DNA of 64,000 nucleotides. It comes from Octopus vulgaris. Lineage: Eukaryota. Made by a program: the position numbers and the translations under genes. Positions within the stretch are counted from its first letter, which is position 1; every line of letters starts with the position of its first letter. Below are positions 52,781 through 64,000 of the stretch, in pieces. The notes beneath the pieces were generated by a model. The model made no database searches. It was not told the DNA's origin and worked only from the letters and a program-made list of their open reading frames with translations. Where the stretch lies: positions 124,000,001 to 124,064,000 of the forward strand of contig OX597820.1 in the NCBI GenBank assembly GCA_951406725.2, in the 5' to 3' direction.

Positions 52781-52821
<41 letters not shown>

Positions 52822-52840
52822 TAGATATAAATATATATAT

Positions 52841-54965
52841 ATGTAAGAAATGAAATGCTTGTACGTAGACACAATATAAAAAGTAATTTCTAGCTGTGAT
52901 ATTCGGGAAGGGGATCAAAAGCGTAACAAATATTTAGCCATATATGGACACGAATCAAAAAGTTCAATTCTTGAATTTAGACATGTAGCGAGGTCTAAGC
53001 TGCATTTCTAGATGAGCCGTCTTTCCATATCACAAAGACCGCAATCCAAAAATCAACGGCTTCAAACATTTCGAGTAAGTCTTTTAACACTTTCCAACAG
53101 ACACTGATAAAGATATTAAATACATAGAGAGTTTCCCCAAAACGGCATCATTTTTTCTGATAAAACCAAGAACTTATAACTTGTAGGCAACAGCACATAT
53201 TCACAACTCCTACATAATAACATTATTTATAATTACACTAAAGCTAGGCCACAAATTTATAAAGAAACTAGCATCATCACTGCTAGGCTTAAATTAGATT
53301 AAAAAATAGTAGTCCTTCCAAAAACATAGGCATTTATAACTATTAAAGACCATAAAAAGAACTTCCTATCTAATCCAAAACGTAGGCTTATTAACCCACC
53401 TAAATCAGAAATTGGTATTGTTAGTAAAAGTTTAGGAAAAATCGATGCGAAAGTCTGAAATGCTACTAGTCTAGTACAATGGTCCAATAGTATAGAAATC
53501 GTTGACTGGTTTAAAGCCATTAAGAATAAGAATAAAGCGAGATTTACACAAATCGATATTGTAGATTTCTATACCTCTATCTCTCAGGACTGCTAGATAA
53601 AGCCCTCACCTACGCAAGCAAATTTATAGATATTAGTACACAAGATAAGGACATAATCTTCCATGCTAGAAAGACTTTACTCTTCAGTGAGAACGCAGAG
53701 AGGGTCAAGACTACCGATACAGAGGGTGCTTTCGATGTGACCATGGGATCATATGATGGAGCAGGCATATGCGATTTCATTGGACTATTCCTACTCGATA
53801 CGTTGGGCAAGACTTTTCTTGGTGTACATTTCGCCATTTACAAAGATGATGCTCTAGATGTAACCACAAACACCAATGAACCATCACATGATCGGTTTAG
53901 GAAGGACATTATCTAAATGATGAAAACATTGGGTCTTAGTCTACAACAGATACCAACCTGACGTTTGTCAATTTCTTAGATGTATCCTTAGATTTAAATA
54001 AGAATATCTACAAACCTTACAGGAAGCCCAACGATAGACTTGGTTATATTCATGTAGGTTCCTACCATCCCCCCATAATGTTTAAGAATTTAGTTTAAAT
54101 ATTAGCAAAATAATTTCTAGCCTCTCCTCCGATAGAAACATTTTAATAGTGTTGGCCAGTATATAATAAAGCTCTAAAGGATAGGGGATTTAGCGAGGAA
54201 ATAACCTATACACCCGTCATTAGTCCAGTAATAAAGAAAAGGAAACATAGGAATGGGATAACTATCTGGTTCACATTCCCCTTACTCCCCAGAATTGACC
54301 TTTAACATAGGTAAATATTTTTTATCAGTTATAGATAGGCATTTTCCAGTCAATCATAATTATAGAAAGCTCTTCAATAGGCACAATCTAAAAAAATAGT
54401 TTTAGCTTAACTACTAATTTTAAAAATATAATTGAAACACACGAAAACAACAAAATGAAACCAGCTGTTCTGCTCGTGCAGGGATAAAAAGTATGCCCGC
54501 TAAATGGAGCTTCCATGTCTGAGACCATCATTTATGAACCCACCGTAGACTCTACGACCACCAAGGACATAGTTTCGTCACAGAAATATGTGGGTCTCAC
54601 AGCGGGGAATTTCAAAGCCAGGTTCAACAATCACACCTTGAGCTTCAGACACTGGGTAAAAAGAAAAACAACAAGATTATCCAGTTATATATGGTCCTTA
54701 AAAGAAAAAAAAGGTGTCAATTATAACATCCATTGCAAGGTCTTAGCCAAGTGTAAGCCTTACACGAATGACAGTTGAAAGTGCGGTCTTTGTGATATGG
54801 AAGGGTGGCTCATCTGGAAAAGCAGCCACGTGCCACATTTAAGAACTGAACTATTTGAATCATGTCCAATTATGGTTAAATACCTGTTAGGTCTTTCGCG
54901 CCCCCAAGATCAGAGAACCTGCTTTTTATATTGTGCCCACGTACAGCAATTTCATTTCTTACATA
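52841..54965 (+). mobile_element. Penelope-like retroelement (Naiad-like), decayed, with 5' inverted copy of its 3' end
   Basis: [75 protein letters not shown]...KYVGLT...FKARFNNH; 52841-53043 is an inverted homolog of 54782-54963. Confidence 0.92.
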
Positions 54966-55019
54966 TATATTTGTATATTTATACATATGTATATATATAT
55001 TTTATATATTTTATTGTTT

Positions 55020-55100
<81 letters not shown>

Positions 55101-55402
55101 CTTTTCACCTTGCATATTTGTAAATGCATGTATGTACTTCACGCGAGTGTGAGTGAGCATATGCATATATGCACGTGTACGTGTCTGGGTGTGCGCGCAT
55201 GTGCATGTATGTACGTGCGCGCATACGCGGATTATATGAGCGTGGGTTTACCATCTTCGAGATTTTTACTTTCTCCCTATTCGAGTAATTTCTCTTTCTT
55301 TAATAGTAATTCTAATTGCTCTTTTCTTTGTCTTAATAATGGTCATCTTCATAGTTATTTCCATTTATTTAACGGTCATTTTCATAGCATTTTTGTTTGT
55401 CT

Positions 55403-55452
55403 TAATAACTGACGAGATGCCGGCTCGACATCCGAAACTCGGACTTTTATTA
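55403..55452 (+). ncRNA. Degenerate hammerhead ribozyme-like motif
   Basis: AUAA-CUGACGA-GAUGCCG GCU CGACAUC-C-GAAAC UCG GAC-UUUUAUU. Intact core boxes, 6/7-bp helix II, altered cleavage triplet. Confidence 0.5.
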
Positions 55453-55533
55453 TGCCAACTAATCGTCCCACATCATATTATAGATGAATTGCTCTATATA
55501 ATATCGAGGTGTCATTCATTCTTTTCTTGTCGT

Positions 55534-55543
55534 TTATTATTAC

Positions 55544-55621
<78 letters not shown>

Positions 55622-55664
55622 CATTATTATTATTATTATTATTATCATTATTATTATTATTATT
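55534..55664. repeat. (TTA)n microsatellite
   Basis: Read directly. Confidence 0.95.
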
Positions 55665-57127
<1,463 letters not shown>

Positions 57128-57176
57128 TTATTATTGTTAAATGGTATTATCATTATTATTAATAATAATGATAACA

Positions 57177-57247
<71 letters not shown>

Positions 57248-58980
57248 TTTATATGGATGACTTAAAACTTTATGGTAAAGACAATAATGAACTTCAAGGC
57301 CTATTGCGCACCGTGAAAGTATTCAGCGATGACATCGGGATGGAGTTTGGACTTGAGAAGTGTGCCAAGGCCACTTTCCAGAAAGGGAATGTGAAGACCA
57401 CAAATTCAGTCGTGTTAGATGTTGACACAGTCATAAGAGAGCTTGAGCAAGAACAAACATACAAATATTTAGGGATAAATGAAGGCTCTGGTATTCAGCA
57501 TGCAAGCTTGAAAGAGAAAATCAGGAAGGAATGTTATAGGAGAGTTCGTGCAGTCCTGAAATCTGAACTAAATGCACGTAACAAGGTGTTAGCTATAAAT
57601 TCCCTAGCAGTTCCAGTTGTTACTTATAGCTACAATGTGTTGAACTGGAATATGAGTGAAGTAAAGAATATAGATAGAAAAATACGCAAGCTGCTGAGTT
57701 GTAATAGGATGCACCACCCAAAGGCAGACATAGATCGCCTTTACCTTCCCAGAGCCCAAGGAGGTCGAGGCCTGATCCAATTTGAACTAGCTTACAAAAC
57801 AACCACAATTGGACTGGCCAAATATCTCGAAATATCGAATGACTGGATGCTAAAGCTCGTGGAAAATCACGAGAGACGAAAGAAGCTTCATTCTATCATC
57901 AAGGAAAGCAAAAAATTTGCTATTGATCTCGTGCAGGATACCCAAACTGAACAACCCGAGGGAAGTACGGCAACTATTGTTGCAAAGAAGGTGAAAATGA
58001 TGGCAATGAAAAAAGCGCACGAGCAATTGGCTGATAGGTGGGAGGAGAAACCTCTGCACGGCAAATATGTGACCCGCAGCAAACAAGCTGATGTTGACCA
58101 GAAGCAAACCCATCAGTGGCTGCGGAGCTCAGGCCTAAAAGCAGAGAGCGAAGGTTTCATCCTGGCTGCTCAAGACCAAAGCCTATCAACCCGGAACTAC
58201 CAGGCCAATGTGATGAAAAATGGAGCAGACCCAAAATGCCGATTCTGCAACGACATGATTGAAACAGTGGACCACCTAATCTCTGGATGTAAAGTCTTAG
58301 CACAAGTGGAGTATAAATTAAGACATGACAGAGTTGGCCAATATCTCCACTGGCTAATAAGTCGGCATTACAATATCAAAACTGCCGACAAGTGGTATAA
58401 TCACCACCCTGAGGCTATAACTGAAGGAGAAAATGTAAGCATTCTGTGGGACTTTCCAGTACATACAGACCGAACCATCAAGGCCAATAAACCAAATATT
58501 GTTGTGAAAGACCAAAACAATAAAGTTTGCTTATTGATCGACATGAGCATCCCATGTGATCATAATATCTCAGCGAAAGAGTTTGACAAGCTCAGAAAAT
58601 ATAAAGACCTACTCATTGAAATTGAGAAAATGTGGCATCTCAAGGCGGTTACAATACCAGTGATCGTAGGAGCACTAGGAATGATCAAGAAGGGAACCGA
58701 AAATTATATGAGAATGATCCCTGGCTTACCATCCCTGCAAGAAGTGCAAAAGATTGTCTTAACTGGTACATCACACGTATTGAGAAGAGCATTGTCGATG
58801 TGAGAACTGCTGCTGCTCATGTATTTTAATTTAACTTTAAAAAAAAAAAAAAAAAAAAAATTAACGAACTACTGAGTTTGGTTTAATGGCCTACCAATAT
58901 ACACTATGAGTTTCTTTGCCCTAGGAGTCGGGAAGACACTCGGCAAGAAATGCAAGAAAATTTGAAAGAAGAAAAAAAAA
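57248..58980 (+). mobile_element. R4/Dong subfamily 2, 5'-truncated; open 516-aa ORF remnant (57253-58803) plus 3' UTR
   Basis: FYMDDLKL, YKYLGI, HPKADIDRLY, CRFC...HLISGC, RHDRV, KPNIVV...LIDMSIP, KYKDL; flanked by (TAA)n on both sides. Confidence 0.95.
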
Positions 58981-58992
58981 ATAATAATAATA

Positions 58993-59480
58993 AAGTGTTA
59001 TCATGTACATTGTTTTGTCTTGGTATAAAAGATGGGCTACAGCAAATATTCTACTCAATACCACAGATTTGCTTGACCTTAACCAGTAGAGCATGTCCCT
59101 TAGTGGCTGACGATATGTGCATCTCTGAGCACGAGAAGAAGTAGTGGGAGAGCATGATAGCCATGTGTTGAGAGGGATTCTTTGGGGTTTGAATAATTCA
59201 CCTCTGGAAACATGGGTGGTTATTTTAACATCCTTAAACAACCCTTATTCAGGGACCTTTTGAGCGGAATGGGCTACTCTACCTGAAGAAAATTCTAACT
59301 GGGCCCCACCTGCAAGGTCATGTGCTGTTTATCTTGATATGAGATCACCATGTCGCGCACATATGGTTGTGATGCATGTGCCTGGTGTACCCTTATCAGA
59401 CGGCTAGTCATGATGGGTATATTGGGCTTCGTATAGTTTACCCCAGTGTCACTTTGATGGCATGCACTGCTCTCTCACTC
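58993..59480 (+). mobile_element. Non-coding retroposed unit, copy 1 (5'-shorter)
   Basis: Highly similar to 59697-60184; ends CTCTCTCACTC then (AAT)n. Confidence 0.8.
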
Positions 59481-59542
<62 letters not shown>

Positions 59543-59544
59543 TG

Positions 59545-59639
<95 letters not shown>

Positions 59640-59640
59640 T

Positions 59641-60184
59641 GCCCTGATGCAGTACCAGGCAGTGGCTCTCATGGCATTTGATCTCAACTGATTGGAAGTG
59701 TTATCATGTACATTGTTTTGTCTTGGTATAAAAGATGGGCTACAGCAAATATTCTGCTCAATACCACAGATTTGCTTGACCTTAACCAGTTGAGCATGTC
59801 CCTTAGTGGCTGACGATATGTGCATCTCTGAGCACGAGCAGAAGTAGTGGGGGAGCATGATAGCCATGTGTTGAGAGGGATCCTTTGGAATTTGAATAAA
59901 TTCACCTATGGAAACATAGGTGTTTTTTTCAACATCCTTAAACAACCCTTATTCAGGGACCTTTTGAGCGGAATGGGCTACTCAACCTGAAGAAAATTCT
60001 AACTGGGCCCCACCTGCAAGGCCATGTGCTGTTCATCTTGATATGAGATCACCATGTCGCACACATATAGTTGTGATGCATGTGCCTTGTGTACCCTTAT
60101 CAGATGGGTAGTCATGATGGGTATACCGGGCTTCGTATAGTTTACCTCAGTGTCACTTTGATGGCATGCAATGCTCTCTCACTC
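59641..60184 (+). mobile_element. Non-coding retroposed unit, copy 2
   Basis: Same 3' end as copy 1; embedded in (AAT)n. Confidence 0.8.
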
Positions 60185-60190
60185 AATAAA

Positions 60191-60254
<64 letters not shown>

Positions 60255-60255
60255 T

Positions 60256-60647
60256 AGGAGTGGCTGTGTGGTAAGTAGCTTGCTTACGAATCACATGGTT
60301 CCGTTCCAGTCCCACTGCGTGGCACCATGGGCAAGTGTCTTCTACTATAGCCTCGAGTCGGCCAAAGCCTTGTGAGTGGATTTAGTAGTCGGAAACTGGA
60401 AGAAGCCCGTCGTATATATGTATATATATATGTGCATGATTATGTGTTGTGTTGTTCACCCCACCATCACTTGACAACCGATGCTGGTGTGTTCCCGTCC
60501 CCGTAACTTAGCGGTTCGGCCCAAGAAGCCGATAGATTAAGTACTGGGCTTACAACGAATAAGTCCTGGGGTCGATTTCCTCGACTAAATGCGGTGCTCC
60601 AGCATGGCCACAGTCACATTGACTGAAACAAGTAAATGAGTAAATGA

Positions 60648-60649
<2 letters not shown>
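60256..60649 (+). mobile_element. SINE family A
   Basis: Matches 28539-28938. Confidence 0.9.
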
Positions 60650-60685
<36 letters not shown>

Positions 60686-61336
60686 CACTTACAAAAATCA
60701 TTGAAGTTTCAGTTAGGATCATTTTCATAATTATTAATACCGAACTTGAAGCATTGCGGAATAAATTCAATAAAAGTTATAGTGAATCGTAGTCATCTTT
60801 TTAAAATCGTATTTTTACAATCAAAAGCTAACTGTGCAGTGAGAACAAAATTAGTATCTAGACATTAATTGCATTATTTCTTCATATACTATGCTCACTT
60901 GACCACACTTTGGAATTTATTTTGGCAGACTCTATAAAGATAATATATGCTTTTGATGTCGTAGCGGTACATATTTATGTCGGTAATAAATATATATTTG
61001 TCATCGTGAGACACACAGAAACATAAATATATATATATATATACATACACATACATATACATAAACACACACATATACACACAAACACACACACACAACA
61101 AATATATATGCTCACATTTTCAACGATATAGATAGAGAGACAGATATAGTAAGAGAGATAAAAGTGAATGTTTAGGAGTTAAGTAAGAGAGATCAAAGAA
61201 TACACTGAGCAAAGTTGAATATGGCTGGTACAAAAAAAACAAACAAAAAAACTAACCAAATAAAGGGGATAATGTAAATATCTTTTGAATAATTGACTGA
61301 GTTTCCTCAATTCTTCGTGTCTCAGTTTGAGTATTT

Positions 61337-61374
<38 letters not shown>

Positions 61375-61454
61375 GCACGCACACATAAGTATACGCAGAC
61401 ACACATTCACACAAGCACACACACACACACACATATATATGTATATATATGCAT

Positions 61455-61473
61455 GCATATCTATATCTATCTA

Positions 61474-61571
<98 letters not shown>

Positions 61572-61595
61572 AGTCTGTCTGTCTGTCTGTCTATG
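61455..61595. repeat. (CTAT)n/(CTGT)n microsatellite
   Basis: Read directly. Confidence 0.95.
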
Positions 61596-61988
61596 TATAT
61601 AGCCATCCGACTTGTCGGATCGATCCATCAAAAATAATCAGGCAAGGGACCGAAACTACTTTCAATTATACCCTCAAATCCTGCACAAATAAAACAAAAT
61701 GTTTATGCTCACGAACTCCTGAAGTGGTTCACTGACAGCTGTGCTGATGCTTTAAATCTTCATCTCTAAGAAATATTACCTGCCTGAGCCTGACACCAAT
61801 CGCACTTTGCACTCATTTCTAAAATACCTAAGTTCACGACATCAGTAAGTAAAAAAACGTTTCTTCAAAATCATATCGCTCTCGCTCTCTGTCTCACTCT
61901 CACTTTTTTTGCTTTCTCATTAAAGAAAACTAATATAGTTTTTGTAAAGAATGTATGCATATTTATGTATCAAGACACGGGTATAGTC

Positions 61989-62085
61989 GCAGGTGTGGCT
62001 GTGTGGTAAGAAGTTTACTTCCCAACCACAACGTGAAACCAATTAGCGTAAGTGGATTTTGCTGACGGAAACTGAAAGAAGCCAT
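61989..62085 (+). mobile_element. SINE family A, deleted 5' fragment
   Basis: GTGGCTGTGTGGTAAG...ACGGAAACTGAAAGAAGCC. Confidence 0.7.
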
Positions 62086-62170
62086 TTGAGCAGACAAACA
62101 GCCAGACACACACGCAGACAGACAGACAGACACACAGACATACAAAGGCACACACACTCACACACAGGCA

Positions 62171-62213
<43 letters not shown>

Positions 62214-62215
<2 letters not shown>

Positions 62216-62380
62216 AATTATAATTTAGCATATCCAAGAGATACCACCACGCTGGATTTAGTAGCCAAAACTTGACTCTAAAAACTACATTAAATGAACA
62301 TTTAATGTGGTTTTAGATTCAAATTTTGGCTGCTATTTCCAGCGTGGTGGTATCACTTAGATAACCTAAATTATAATTAT
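62214..62380. repeat. Long imperfect palindrome (~83-bp arms, 2-nt centre)
   Basis: GATACCACCACGCTGGA...CATTAAATG-AA-CATTTAATG...TCCAGCGTGGTGGTATC. Confidence 0.92.
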
Positions 62381-62455
62381 TATTAACTTTGGAGGTCTTT
62401 ATTCCCACGTTGCCCACTTGATCAGATTGATAGTTAAATTAACGATCTTATCCTT

Positions 62456-62506
<51 letters not shown>

Positions 62507-62733
62507 TATACACTCACACACAGATACATATATATTCAGCAGAATCTACTAAGTTACTCAAAGACTTCCTCATGAAAACAGAATGTGTATTCTACAAAAG
62601 GAGTTTGAGTAGCACTTCATTTGAATAATCTATTGTTTTATATATATCTTCATATAAAAACAAACACACACACATAAATATAAACACACTCAGACACACA
62701 CATATATATGTATATACACATGTACGTATATTG

Positions 62734-62807
<74 letters not shown>

Positions 62808-63745
62808 CATATATGCATATATACATATACATGTGTACACGTATGTACACTTTTATTGATAAAGCAACAACGTATGAGCGTTGTTATTAAACACTTGAGT
62901 CAAAGAGATCGTCATATGGTGAGGTTGACAGATTTATAGGGAGGAAAAGATTCAAAGAGGTAGATAATGTAAGATAGCGGAACGGGCAGATAGACAGCGA
63001 CAGAAAAATGAAAGGAATATAAGACTCACTACTTCACTACAGATATGTTTATTGTTTAATATTTTTATTTGATAAACCTGATTAAAACATATTGTATACT
63101 TTCTTTCAGATTTTATTATTTGCTTCCTCACGACAATGTAGATTATTAATGTGCGTTGTGTCTTTGTATTCATGGATATACGGCAAATAACATAAAGAAA
63201 ATATGGAAATTTGATTTATTGATACAACCTGAAAAAGAAAATACAATCCCATTTATCATACATAAATACAATACATTTTTATTTCTCTCATATTGTTTCT
63301 CTCCCTTTCTCTTTGTTTGTTTGTTTGTTTGTTTCTTTCTTTCTTTCTCTCTCTCTCTCTTTCTCTCTCCTCTCGATTTTCATGCATGGCACACGTAGGA
63401 ACACATACCTAGATCCGCAGGACGTCCTTTTAATTTTCATTGTTTCACAAAATGTCAAAATGGCAGATTAAATACAAATAAAAATATTTCCCCGAATGAA
63501 GGAAACTTTGATTTCCTAACACTTGAAGTTCATGTATTGTATCTCTACATTGAATACAGTTAATGTCATAGTAACCAAAGCATAACACGAAATAGGCATA
63601 TAAAATCTGAAAAAGAAAACTCGTGTGCTTGTCGGGTTTATAAAATAACCTTAAAGAAATTACCTGAACATACATATGTACATGTACATATACACATACG
63701 CAAATATAAATATGCACATATGTACACGTAGGTATAGGCAGATAT

Positions 63746-63794
<49 letters not shown>

Positions 63795-64000
63795 AACACA
63801 CATATGCGCGCGCGTGTGTCTTGTATAACGTGACAAGAATGAAATAGAGTTAATTTAAAGAAAGAAAACAATAAAAACATGCTTTTTTGGTTGAAAATTC
63901 GCCGAGTAGCAGTATCAGAGTGTAAGGGAATAATTTTAGAATCGTCTATTGTTTGAAAAACAAAACGAAACGAAAATAATATTGGTCCATTGGTAAACAG

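Larger units (their letters stand above)
52637..52782. repeat. 65-bp inverted repeat (63/65 identical), 16-nt spacer; each arm is a hammerhead motif
   Basis: Arms 52637-52701 and 52718-52782. Confidence 0.95.

Noticed and set aside
54776-54778. In-frame TGA in the PLE as selenocysteine (reported for some Naiads)
   Set aside because: Not at a conserved Cys position, the copy has many other stops and frameshifts, and no SECIS was seen.

Overview
AT-rich, microsatellite-saturated eukaryotic DNA. The SINE families and repeat landscape suggest an octopus or other coleoid cephalopod (inference). No intact host gene is evident, and most supplied ORFs are translations of simple repeats. The window is mainly layered transposable-element remains: an ancient RTE LINE (~1.0-2.6 kb), an APE-domain LINE remnant (~5.8-6.9 kb), two long and several short Penelope-like elements (PLEs), at least three subfamilies of R4/Dong-type RLE LINEs, a CR1-type 3' end, a complete 1.29-kb mariner with TIRs and TA target duplication, a Tc1 remnant and about 18 tRNA-derived SINE copies from about 6 families. 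Signals worth a closer look: (i) about nine hammerhead-ribozyme-like motifs, most in or near PLE termini, including a 65-bp inverted pair at 52637-52782 in which each arm carries a different catalytic-core substitution; (ii) a nest of five retro-insertions in one (TAA)n array at 55.5-60.3 kb, all oriented by the microsatellite strand; (iii) a 167-bp hairpin at 62214-62380; (iv) weak traces of decayed exons. All calls were made by eye, and boundaries of degenerate elements are approximate.
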